Shown here: piece by piece, positions 28,592 through 37,260 of the stretch
Numbering within the stretch: the stretch's first letter is position 1
How the letters are laid out: each line of letters opens with the position of its first letter
Source: an uncultured Candidatus Bathyarchaeia archaeon
Lineage (GTDB): Archaea > Thermoproteota > Bathyarchaeia > TCS64
NCBI GenBank assembly: GCA_964529745.1
Contig: CAZGZR010000004.1
Location: 551-64,550 of the forward strand
Direction of reading: 5' to 3'
Length of the DNA stretch: 64,000 nucleotides
The notes under the pieces: model-generated
What the model was told of the DNA's origin: nothing
The model's database searches: none
What the model saw: the letters and a program-made list of their open reading frames with translations, nothing else
Position numbers and translations under genes: made by a program

Positions 28592-28593
28592 AT

Positions 28594-30402
28594 ATGAGTA
28601 GGGAAGAGAGACAGGACCCCTTTGAGGCGATAGCGAAGGGATTGAAGCAGGTTCAAACCGTAGTAACTACTTTTGACCAGGGAATGAAGGTAATAGACGA
28701 CATGGCCAAGAGGATTGATGATCAGTTCGGTGTCCCACAAAATGAACCGGCGCCGCAGCTCCCTAAATCCCCCGAGAGGCCACCCGCTGCGACTAAAGTG
28801 TACGGCGCAGAGGCCAAGACCTACAAAGGACAGACAGACGTAGACTACTGTATCGAATGTCTAACAGGCACAACTAAGCTGTACACAGGTAACTCGACTG
28901 TTAAGATAAGTAGCATACTGGATAAACACACAGTAATCGGTCACACAGGACAAGTTGAGAGTATTGATAATGTGATTAGCAGAGACTACGATGGCCCATT
29001 AGTAGAGTTAAAGTTTGCTTACACTAACATTCCGCTATACATATCCCCGGAACACCCCGCATACATTGTCAGAAACGTTAGAAAGCCTCAGTCTACATGG
29101 AGAGAAGAGGGAATACAAGAAAAAGACTTAGATTGGGTTCCATGTGAAGAGTTAACTGACAGAGATTTCATTGCTTTTCCTAGGATAAGGGAAATTAAAG
29201 ATGTAGAAATAGCCTCTGAGCGACTTATGGAACTGTCAGGTATATATATAGCTGAAGGGAGCCCAGACAAACAAGAAAGGGGTTTGAATGTAATCTTTAG
29301 CTTTGGACGAGATGAAGTCGAGCTAATAGGAGACACCGTAAACCTGATTGAGAATATCTATGGGATTACTCCCTGTGTTACAGACACCGAAACTCAGACT
29401 GCAGTAAGGGTGATTTTTTCTAGTAAATACTATGGCCCATATTTCGAGCAGTTTGGCAAGGGAGCTAAGAATAAAACTATTCCACAGTGGGTACTCTACC
29501 TACCTGAATACAAGCAAGTTAAGTTACTTAGAGGTGCCTTTAGGGGTGATGGATCACCAGGAGAATACTGTTTCAGATATACAACGGTATCAGAACAGCT
29601 AGCTTACAGACTTAGATTACTGTTATTCCGGCTGGGTATACTACATGGCGTATATGAGAGAGAAAAAGATGATTCTGAGATAAATGGCCGTAAGATAAAG
29701 GGCGGAACATATTACGAGATAACAATATCTGGAGACGCCGCTAGACAATTTGCAGAGATAACTGATTTCGAATATGACGGAGGAGAAAAAACAGCCGGTA
29801 ACCATGGATACGTCACGGCGAACTACGTCTTCATACCTATAAAAGAAGCGAGAAAAATTCACTTTAAGGGGAAACTCTATAACCTACATGTACCTGGCTC
29901 CGAGTCTTATCTGACTATTCACGGTGCTCTGCATAACTGTGCGGTCAAGCACAGCCAGACGGCCAAGGTTCTCATGAGAGAGGCACTACAGAGAGCAGAG
30001 TCAAACGGTGTGGATACAGAGGGTGTGAAAGAGAAGGTCCGGGGCGTCGTTGAGGAGCTGTCCGGCCTGGAAGACGACACAACCACTGTATCCAGTCAGC
30101 AGGTGATAATCCTTAACGGCGCCTCCAGAGACCTACGTAAGTTCATCTATGAGTCCAGGGCTGAGATTGGGGGAGCGAAAATAAGCACTCTCCGAGAGAT
30201 CAAGACCATGATAGATCAGCTGGTGGAGGCCACTTACAAGGTTAGAGAGACAGAGGAGTGTATAGGCTGCACCACTGAGCAGATATGCGGCGGGATAGCT
30301 GAGTGCGTGGATTTTGTCGATAAGAATGTGGAGGGTATTAGGGACCCGGCGGTGATACGTAAGGTATTAGCTGAAGCCCGGCGAAAGTACGGCAGAGAAT
30401 AA
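28594..30402 (+). CDS. Helical Cys-motif hypothetical protein interrupted by an intein (mature ~242 aa)
   Basis: Start ATG 28594; extein junction restores YCIECAVKH. Confidence 0.8.
   Translation: MSREERQDPFEAIAKGLKQVQTVVTTFDQGMKVIDDMAKRIDDQFGVPQNEPAPQLPKSPERPPAATKVYGAEAKTYKGQTDVDYCIECLTGTTKLYTGNSTVKISSILDKHTVIGHTGQVESIDNVISRDYDGPLVELKFAYTNIPLYISPEHPAYIVRNVRKPQSTWREEGIQEKDLDWVPCEELTDRDFIAFPRIREIKDVEIASERLMELSGIYIAEGSPDKQERGLNVIFSFGRDEVELIGDTVNLIENIYGITPCVTDTETQTAVRVIFSSKYYGPYFEQFGKGAKNKTIPQWVLYLPEYKQVKLLRGAFRGDGSPGEYCFRYTTVSEQLAYRLRLLLFRLGILHGVYEREKDDSEINGRKIKGGTYYEITISGDAARQFAEITDFEYDGGEKTAGNHGYVTANYVFIPIKEARKIHFKGKLYNLHVPGSESYLTIHGALHNCAVKHSQTAKVLMREALQRAESNGVDTEGVKEKVRGVVEELSGLEDDTTTVSSQQVIILNGASRDLRKFIYESRAEIGGAKISTLREIKTMIDQLVEATYKVRETEECIGCTTEQICGGIAECVDFVDKNVEGIRDPAVIRKVLAEARRKYGRE
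28858..29937 (+). mobile_element. Intein with LAGLIDADG homing endonuclease (360 aa)
   Basis: Starts CLTG, SPEHP block B, LSGIYIAEGS and LLRGAFRGDGS, ends LYNL...LHN followed by Cys. Confidence 0.93.
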
Positions 30403-30443
30403 AGATTTATCGAAGCCCCGTCCCCTTCTTTCTTAGAGCAGCT

Positions 30444-30899
30444 ATGAGTGAGAAAAAGGGGTACGGATACGGTAACCCTGACGAAGAGGAGACCCGAAGG
30501 AAGGCGCTGAAGGCTACAGAGATTTTCCTGGAGGAGAAATTAGGTTCCAGGGTGATAACCGTCGACTTGGATGGTGATCTACCGGTTAGGAGTACAGGAC
30601 GTATGTTTGGAACCGCAAAAGAGCCTACGGGCCCCCTTGGCCGCCTCTCCGAGGAAGAAAGAAAGCTGAGACATGGGGGATCCATGGTGCTGATAGCAGA
30701 CCCCGAGGTAACCGAGATAGTCCGGGAGAATCCTAAGCTCTCATTTGCGGAGAGAATACAGGCTATCAAAGAGACACCGTGGGCCCAGAATTGGGCGAAG
30801 GGTATGTGTAACCTCGTTAGACCTGATATCTCGCCTGAAGAAAAGGAAACGTGCGTGACCGACCTATCCGAATACCTGGCTAGAAAAGCGGTTACCTAG
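30444..30899 (+). CDS. Hypothetical protein with GTAKEPTGPLGRLSEE tag
   Basis: 16-aa identity with the 4636..5187 product. Confidence 0.7.
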   Translation: MSEKKGYGYGNPDEEETRRKALKATEIFLEEKLGSRVITVDLDGDLPVRSTGRMFGTAKEPTGPLGRLSEEERKLRHGGSMVLIADPEVTEIVRENPKLSFAERIQAIKETPWAQNWAKGMCNLVRPDISPEEKETCVTDLSEYLARKAVT

Positions 30900-30917
30900 A
30901 AAAAGAAAAAAGGAGGT

Positions 30918-31109
30918 TTAAGCCATAGCAGTGGCCCAGGCGTCTCCCCAGTTGGTCTCGGTTAGAGCCGCCTTCATGCCCTTAAGGCAGATGGCCACGT
31001 CCATTCCGCCTTTCTTGCCACAGTCGTAGTACTTTGAGGCGCCTCCGAGGGCGCTGATCTTCGCTATGTACTTTCTCTTGCCCTTTTCGATCATGGCTGC
31101 CTTGCTCAT
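30918..31109 (-). CDS. Small basic protein (possible nucleoprotein)
   Basis: K/A-rich, 62-63 aa, biased codon use. Confidence 0.55.
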   Translation of the reverse strand: MSKAAMIEKGKRKYIAKISALGGASKYYDCGKKGGMDVAICLKGMKAALTETNWGDAWATAMA

Positions 31110-31130
31110 GTCAGATCGATCTTTAGGTTA

Positions 31131-31541
31131 TTGGGAATACATATAAGCCTTCCCGGACTACAAATGTATTCGGTTTGTGGTCTCTTGAAGAAGGAAATTA
31201 CGCTGACCGTCAGAATGACACCTGAGATGTATGGTTCCATCGAAAAGAACGCGGAGCGGGCGAAAGTCAGTCTAGCCGAGGTGGTTAGAAGGGCGGTACG
31301 GTACACCTTGAGTGATGATGTTCTGTTGGTTTCCTTGAACAACTATGAGAGATCGTACCTGGAGGAAGTGGCCAACAACTTGGGGGTTATGCCGAGTGAG
31401 GCTATAAAGATGCAGCTGCTTGCGATGAAGGTGATGGAGACCTACGGTGTCTTCAAGTCTATAAAGCCAATAAATGAGATGCTAGAAGAGTTAGAATCCA
31501 AGCGTCATATAGAGGAGGATAAAGCAGATGTCCAAACATAA
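31131..31541 (+). CDS. Tandem RHH/CopG-like regulator
   Basis: LTVRMT..MY..I...A....SLAEVVR; true start probably further downstream. Confidence 0.65.
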   Translation: MGIHISLPGLQMYSVCGLLKKEITLTVRMTPEMYGSIEKNAERAKVSLAEVVRRAVRYTLSDDVLLVSLNNYERSYLEEVANNLGVMPSEAIKMQLLAMKVMETYGVFKSIKPINEMLEELESKRHIEEDKADVQT

Positions 31542-31630
31542 CCGTCAAAGTGAGTACCGCCTAGATGAGGCGGTTAGCAGGGTTAAAGGCCTTCCAGAGG
31601 GTCCGAAGAAAGAGATGATAATTAAAGCCG

Positions 31631-32353
31631 TTGTCAACTATATCAATGGAGTCATGGGATATGGCTGAAGAAGATCAACCAGAAGAATATGAGATACAGT
31701 TTATGCCGGATAAACGATGGCTACCTGTAGCTGGACCCCCGTTCGGGAGTCGAGAAAAAGCAGAGGAACACCTGGAGGAGTATCGAAAGAGGTTAGGTGT
31801 AGAGGTTCGCGTGGTTCGTCGCCCAAAGATCTATGAGATATGGAACTTCAACGAATTAGCGCCAAGACTGAATGGAACCGACAGAGCTCTTAGAGAATTG
31901 AAGAAAAGAGGAGAAGCCGGTGCAATAGTTGGGTGGGCGATATATAAGCAGAGAGTAGAACAGCTAATAGGAAGCGCCCTGGGAGAAGGTAAGGAGGGGC
32001 CGTTTGCCCGAGAACCGAGTTATCGTGGTCCTCTCTACGCTGACCTTGATGCTGCGGGTGAGACCAATCTTATCTCGCGGATAGAAAAGCTTTGGGAGAA
32101 ATACCCTGACCGAGTGCCAAGTAACGAGGTTCTTGATCTTAAAGAGGCATGGAACGAAGAGTTCACTAGACGAGTGGGCCGAAGTATCCCCCGGTCACCG
32201 CAGGACCTCACCCGGGAAGACATAGATGCGTCGAAGAAGGTTACCAAGGAGCTCTACCAGAAGAAGGCGGAGCGGTCCGTAGATGAAGAAATGGCTGAGC
32301 TTGAGCGGATGAAGAAGGACCTAGAGGAGAAGATGCGGCGCCTCCGAGGCTAA
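31631..32353 (+). CDS. Hypothetical protein
   Basis: 240 aa, coiled-coil C-terminus. Confidence 0.65.
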   Translation: MSTISMESWDMAEEDQPEEYEIQFMPDKRWLPVAGPPFGSREKAEEHLEEYRKRLGVEVRVVRRPKIYEIWNFNELAPRLNGTDRALRELKKRGEAGAIVGWAIYKQRVEQLIGSALGEGKEGPFAREPSYRGPLYADLDAAGETNLISRIEKLWEKYPDRVPSNEVLDLKEAWNEEFTRRVGRSIPRSPQDLTREDIDASKKVTKELYQKKAERSVDEEMAELERMKKDLEEKMRRLRG

Positions 32354-32359
32354 CCGGTA

Positions 32360-32701
32360 ATGTCTGCTATAGATAAGGCCATCCAGGATCATGAGCGCAT
32401 ATTATCTGACGGTCTCACCGAGGCGGACGGATATAAACGCCGACTAGACACCCTAATAGAGCTTAAGAAGATACACCATGAGCATGTTGACCTCTCTCAA
32501 TATCCTGGCGGGGAGAAACCGACGAGAAGAGAGAGGGCTAAGGCGTTGAGTCTTTTGTGCTGGGGTGACTTGGCGGGCTGCTGTGCACCGTCGAAGGGCT
32601 GTACTACGCATCTGGCGGTCTGTGAGTTTCTGGGGGTTGACCCTGAGGAAGTTTTCTCTGCTAAGGTTAAAGCGGTCAGGAAGGTCATGGATTCTGTGTG
32701 A
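32360..32701 (+). CDS. Cys-cluster protein
   Basis: CWGDLAGCCAPSKGC. Confidence 0.6.
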   Translation: MSAIDKAIQDHERILSDGLTEADGYKRRLDTLIELKKIHHEHVDLSQYPGGEKPTRRERAKALSLLCWGDLAGCCAPSKGCTTHLAVCEFLGVDPEEVFSAKVKAVRKVMDSV

Positions 32702-32830
32702 TCCCCAAATCGGGGAAGAGGAAGAGGATTGGCGCCGCCTTTAGGGAAATTCAGTTTTTCTTCAGAGTTATGGTTATCCCCGGCGACGTCGATATCTTAG
32801 AAGCTATACCTGAGATATAAAGTTTCTAGG

Positions 32831-33154
32831 CTAAGTGTATAGCTCTCTGAAGGCGTGGCTATACAGAACTGCGTTTATCTGTTCTACTGTTTTCTTTGTC
32901 GCTTCTACATTGTTATCGTCTATTGCGTCGTACAATATGTTCGAGAGTTGAACTAAGTCTCCATTAACATTGCAGGTTCTAGAAGCACTATCGCTGAGTC
33001 CCTTAATTGTCTCAGCCTGCGGTAAAGCTAACTCACGAAGGCTGGTGTCCCGTGTGTCTCCTCTCTTTATCAATCTGAGTACGGCATCAATTTGATCAAG
33101 CTCCATTTCCATGCTCATACCCTTAACAAAGCAACGCGCTGGAACTTCCATCAC
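32831..33154 (-). CDS. Helical hypothetical protein
   Basis: 107 aa, GAGG RBS. Confidence 0.55.
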   Translation of the reverse strand: MMEVPARCFVKGMSMEMELDQIDAVLRLIKRGDTRDTSLRELALPQAETIKGLSDSASRTCNVNGDLVQLSNILYDAIDDNNVEATKKTVEQINAVLYSHAFRELYT

Positions 33155-33206
33155 AGTTACCTCTAACTAGAACATAACGTGATGATAGATAAATGTATTT
33201 TTAGGT

Positions 33207-33803
33207 CTAGATGGTCTCTGCCTCGTAGACGTCTATCTTCTTCATAAGTGAGAGCGTTTTCCACCATGCTTCGGCCTGCTGAACCTCGACGGATAGATCG
33301 TTGTCGTACTCAGGGAAAGGCTGAGCTGCTAGCTCCAGGAGGGGCGCAAGTTTGAGGTCCCGCCTGTACTGGTTAACCTCCTCGAAGGTGATTTTCTCCC
33401 TGTCTTTGAAGGGCTCCCGTTCCTCGGGTCCGAGTGCGGCGAGCTCGTAGGCGGTGGACTTGGCTATGCCTCCCTGCCTGTATAATTCCTCGAAGCACGG
33501 CTCGAGCGTCGTTAGGCTGATGAGGCGGAACACCGCCGCTTGGCTGATGTTGAGGAGGCCTGCAAAGTGGTCCTGGGTTAGGGTTACCTCGTGGGGTCCC
33601 TCGCCTTTGTCCAGGGGTACCTTCTCTCCTATCAGGCGGGCTATCTCGCGGCCCTCCTCAAAGGGGTCTCCCCGGCGGTGGATGATGTACAGCTGGTCAA
33701 GGACCACCTGCTGCTGCTCCCCTATCTCAACGGGTTTATCCTCGTTCACGCTATCAACTCCCTTTCCTCTTACTCCCTTGGTGCCGTCTTTGATGATAGC
33801 CAC
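33207..33803 (-). CDS. ParB/Spo0J-like HTH protein lacking the N-terminal CTPase domain
   Basis: P.EE...I..L..LTQ..FA.LL.ISQ..V.RL..L...G.I..S.AY.LA pattern; no GxRR. Confidence 0.6.
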   Translation of the reverse strand: MAIIKDGTKGVRGKGVDSVNEDKPVEIGEQQQVVLDQLYIIHRRGDPFEEGREIARLIGEKVPLDKGEGPHEVTLTQDHFAGLLNISQAAVFRLISLTTLEPCFEELYRQGGIAKSTAYELAALGPEEREPFKDREKITFEEVNQYRRDLKLAPLLELAAQPFPEYDNDLSVEVQQAEAWWKTLSLMKKIDVYEAETI

Positions 33804-33878
33804 GTCGACGATCCCATTTAGTAAATAAGACCTTAATCTTATCCCCTGTTTTCATTGGCTCTCTCTTTTTTGCCATAC

Positions 33879-34580
33879 TCATTTTTTTAGCACCTCCAGT
33901 TGGAAGCCGTGACCCTTGATTTTGTCGACCGCTGGGGGTATCCTGTTTTCTTGGTTTATGTACTCGAAGTGGAACCTGGGGAACCGGAGTATGACGCCTG
34001 GCTTGTACTCTTTGACTCGGTTTAATGGTTCTCCTTTTGTGTCGTAGGCTCTGTTAATGACATACTTCACAGAGGGCGTTTTAACAAGGAAAGCCTCTGT
34101 GTCATACATCTTTTTCAGGGTGTGCTTAGCGTTTGACTTGGCTGAGGATAGATCCCAGAGGTCCCCGATACACAGGTGGACGTCCTGCTTCTCCGTGGGG
34201 CACCACTCGTCTCTGAGCTTGTATCCGAACTGAGGTATAGCCCGGGGATGGACTAGCATAAGCTGGCTTAGCCCCGGCGTGAGGTTAGAGAGATCACTGT
34301 TTATGGGAATCTTCTTTGATACGCCGTCCATTATGGCCTCCTCAATGTAGTCAGGCACGAAAGGGTAGTTGCCCTTACCGATCCACATGATTACGTGCCG
34401 GACCCCGTTGGCGTCTGGTGGTGTCACGATGGGGGCGCGGAAGTAGCCTCCAGGGTACTCGACGACGGGATCCACCAGGAAGCTTGTTAGGGGTAGCCCC
34501 CCGATGCTCTCACTTACGCATAGGTAGAGGCTGTTTTCCTTTCGGGTTCCGCAGCCTCTTTCAGGGACGGTTTCACTCAA
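33879..34580 (-). CDS. Hypothetical protein
   Basis: ERGCG.RK..SLY N-terminus; preceded by operator. Confidence 0.7.
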   Translation of the reverse strand: MSETVPERGCGTRKENSLYLCVSESIGGLPLTSFLVDPVVEYPGGYFRAPIVTPPDANGVRHVIMWIGKGNYPFVPDYIEEAIMDGVSKKIPINSDLSNLTPGLSQLMLVHPRAIPQFGYKLRDEWCPTEKQDVHLCIGDLWDLSSAKSNAKHTLKKMYDTEAFLVKTPSVKYVINRAYDTKGEPLNRVKEYKPGVILRFPRFHFEYINQENRIPPAVDKIKGHGFQLEVLKK

Positions 34581-34596
34581 ACAAGGTCACGGATAA

Positions 34597-34611
34597 TATA
34601 CAATTTGTATA
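34597..34611. promoter_or_regulatory. Palindromic operator copy 2 (TATACAATTTGTATA)
   Basis: 16 bp upstream of start 34580. Confidence 0.75.
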
Positions 34612-34753
34612 ATATATGAGGTTAGTGCTTTGTGTAGTGGTTGCCGCACTCCGTGCAGATTATTGAGACCCTGCCTGCGTGCTGGTCCTCATCTATCCTG
34701 CCGAGGGCCCCGCAGCGGGAGCACCTTTCCCAATAGAGAGTTTCGGTCAAGGG

Positions 34754-35281
34754 TTAAGCTTCTATGAGGATTGAGTCTACGCTGATCTTGGTGTCGAGAT
34801 GGGGGCTGCTGGTGATCCACACGGCGTCTATGGGCTCCGTAACGCCTATGTTCTCTATCTCCCAGGTCTCGTAATCGTCTTTCAATACCTGGTATTTCAC
34901 GTAGGCGGATTTGAAGCCTGTCGGCCTTGTAACCATACAGTCTATGCCTATGAGGGAACGCCAGTCTACGTCTTTCTTGGCGGTGAAAGTGATCTTGTCG
35001 ACGCCCTCGAGGTCGACGTACTGTAGTATGCCGCCGATGTAGAAGGCACCGAATGCGGCCTGCTTACATGTGATATCCACTACGCCTATGGCGGGGGGGT
35101 CTAGACGTCGTTGCTCAACTTCGGTGCCGATGGTTGGAACCCAGTCCCCTAACGACAAGAAGGGGTCAAACAGGAAGCTCTTGGTGGAGAAGAAGCTGCC
35201 GGTGACTTTCTTGGGTGCAAGCTGATCGACGAGGCTGCTTAGAGACTGCATATCAGTTATCTCTATTGTGGGTTTCCTCAA
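34754..35281 (-). CDS. Beta-sandwich (carbohydrate-binding-like) protein
   Basis: DL.G...ITF...ISVDSI pattern. Confidence 0.55.
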   Translation of the reverse strand: MRKPTIEITDMQSLSSLVDQLAPKKVTGSFFSTKSFLFDPFLSLGDWVPTIGTEVEQRRLDPPAIGVVDITCKQAAFGAFYIGGILQYVDLEGVDKITFTAKKDVDWRSLIGIDCMVTRPTGFKSAYVKYQVLKDDYETWEIENIGVTEPIDAVWITSSPHLDTKISVDSILIEA

Positions 35282-35353
35282 TATAGTTTGCGCTGGATAA
35301 CCTGTGCAGGTGTCAGGGTTTTTATGTGGTACCCCCCAGTTGTTAGGTATACC

Positions 35354-36160
35354 ATGTCCATGCTCACGCCGGATATGCTTAAGGCCCGGATAAGGCTAGC
35401 AATGAGGCACCCCAACTCGGCTACTCCTGCAAGAGAGATTATTGAGAAGGCCCTAGAGAAAAGAGTCTATGTGGCGTTTAGCGGTGGCCGCTGTAGCCAG
35501 GTAACCCTCCACCTGGTCATACAGCAGGATCCAGATATCCCCGTGATGTTCAACAACACCGGCGTAGAGTACCCTGAAACCGTGAAACATGTGCACCGGA
35601 TCGCCGAGGAATGGAACCTAAACTTCAAGGAGATACGCCCAGAAACCGATTACTGGACCCTCGTTAAAGAGCACGGGTTCCCCCAGCTGAGGGGCTCCTC
35701 TAAGAAGAAGGGACGGCCAAGGAAGCCGGCGTGCTGCAGGTACCTGAAAGAGGAACCGGCTAAAAGATACATGGAGGAGCACCACATGGATGGCTTTATC
35801 TCGGGGCTTCGGGTAGAGGAGAGCCGCCCCCGGGCGTTGGCGATATACCAGAGGGGTCCCTATTACTTGGCTAAGAGGGACGGTATCTGGAAGTTCCACC
35901 CGGTGGCTGTGTGGTCCATGGGAAAGCTCATGAGGTATGTGAAGGACCACGATATCCCTTTGAACCCGCTTTACGAGAAGGGCCTGCCTCGAGTAGGCTG
36001 TATGCCGTGCACTGGATTCTTGGACTGGCGGCAGCAGCTGATGGAGGTTAACCCAGAGTATTATAAGTGGCTTAACCGGGAGTACCAGAAGTCGCTAGGC
36101 GAGCCTACCCTATGGGAGTTCGTCGACGAATACGATCTCTGCGTCGAGGACCTCAAGTAA
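35354..36160 (+). CDS. PAPS-reductase-family protein (variant PP-loop)
   Basis: AFSGGRCS, NTGVEYPET, CC..LK.EP, GLRVEES..R, RVGCMPC. Confidence 0.85.
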   Translation: MSMLTPDMLKARIRLAMRHPNSATPAREIIEKALEKRVYVAFSGGRCSQVTLHLVIQQDPDIPVMFNNTGVEYPETVKHVHRIAEEWNLNFKEIRPETDYWTLVKEHGFPQLRGSSKKKGRPRKPACCRYLKEEPAKRYMEEHHMDGFISGLRVEESRPRALAIYQRGPYYLAKRDGIWKFHPVAVWSMGKLMRYVKDHDIPLNPLYEKGLPRVGCMPCTGFLDWRQQLMEVNPEYYKWLNREYQKSLGEPTLWEFVDEYDLCVEDLK

Positions 36161-36269
36161 TCCCTTTATGGGATTACGTTAATGTTCACCGTTTAGAAAC
36201 CTTGTTTTAACAGCATTATAACCCGTGTAACAGCACAAGATATAAATTACTGTCTGTTGTTAAGAATAA

Positions 36270-36350
36270 CTGAGGGTTGGGCGCGTAGGGGTCCAGGGCC
36301 ATTCCGGATCAAGAACCTCTGGGCCTTCTCACCCTCAGCCTGAACTTTTT
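36270..36350 (+). ncRNA. Candidate hairpin small RNA upstream of origin
   Basis: TATAAATTA at 36241; CTGAGGGT/ACCCTCAG stem plus 11-bp inner stem with G-U pairs; T5 at 36346-36350. Confidence 0.5.
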
Positions 36351-36537
36351 GAGGTAGTCCAGCGCCACTGGACTACGTAACTGTTTTAATGGTGATATAC
36401 CCCCTCTAGATTGATCCGGAATGGAACGTGATCAATGTAATCTCAAAGAGGATAAGTTTCTCTCCCGGCCGCCGATCGTCTCCTACAGACAGGATAATCC
36501 TAATATCTGTGATACAATTATACCGCTGCTTCTAACT

Positions 36538-36692
36538 TCTACGCAGGTAGTCTACTGGGAGGAGACTACCTACTCCGAAGGTCTACTAGCAAAAACTACA
36601 GGTAGTAGTCTACCAGTAGACTACTACCCCCCCTATTTCACTAATAGTCAATCGGAGGAGATAGTCTCTTGTCAGTAGACTACCTGCGTAGA
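36538..36692. repeat. 155-bp imperfect palindrome with GTAG(T/A)CTAC iterons; candidate replication origin
   Basis: Perfect 20-bp outer arms (36538-36557/36673-36692) and 13-bp central arms (36601-36613/36616-36628). Confidence 0.8.
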
Positions 36693-36701
36693 CGACAGAA
36701 G

Positions 36702-37256
36702 ATGATTAAACAGCTCACAAAACTAATCTTTCTATCTGATATACCTCACGAATGGGTTCTAGATGAGCTACATAACCTCGTCTTAAACATGAGCAGCTTC
36801 AAGGTTTTGGCCTGCATCCTCAATCACCGGGCAGCCACGGCCTACTTTCTAAGAAGCGAGCTCAAGATGACGAAACCGACGGTCTACAAGTCTCTGAATT
36901 ATCTAAAGGATCAGGGATACATCGTTGAGTCTAGGCCTGTGTCAATTAAGGGGACCAGGAGCGTGAAGGTGTATGCGGTCCCCGATTACACAGCCGACGA
37001 CGTTCTACACGCCAGGGAGAAAGACAGGATCACTAGGACGCCGGCGTACACAGAGGTAGAGAGGATATACCAGGCTATGCTTGACGATTATCTCCTGTTG
37101 AAGATAACTAACTATCTGCCTGAGAGGAAAAAGATCTACACCGGTTCGCTGAACGAAGTGGGAAGAAAACTCGTCAAGGGCGTAAGGTGGCTGGATATAC
37201 AGCCTATGGTTCTACAGAAATTTGAGGATCAAGGCTACAAAGTAGTAGTGGGGTGA
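36702..37256 (+). CDS. Winged-helix protein, candidate origin-binding initiator
   Basis: LKMTKPTVYKSLNYLKDQGYIVE wHTH; directly before mcm; ATG 36702. Confidence 0.75.
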   Translation: MIKQLTKLIFLSDIPHEWVLDELHNLVLNMSSFKVLACILNHRAATAYFLRSELKMTKPTVYKSLNYLKDQGYIVESRPVSIKGTRSVKVYAVPDYTADDVLHAREKDRITRTPAYTEVERIYQAMLDDYLLLKITNYLPERKKIYTGSLNEVGRKLVKGVRWLDIQPMVLQKFEDQGYKVVVG

Positions 37257-37260
37257 CAAT

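Noticed and set aside
28504-28593. N-terminal extension of the intein-containing ORF
   Set aside because: Overlaps the PPPYPP gene; ATG 28594 just after that stop is the better start
36421-36678. 85-aa ORF as a real protein
   Set aside because: It runs through the palindrome and has no recognisable features; a leader-peptide role is not excluded
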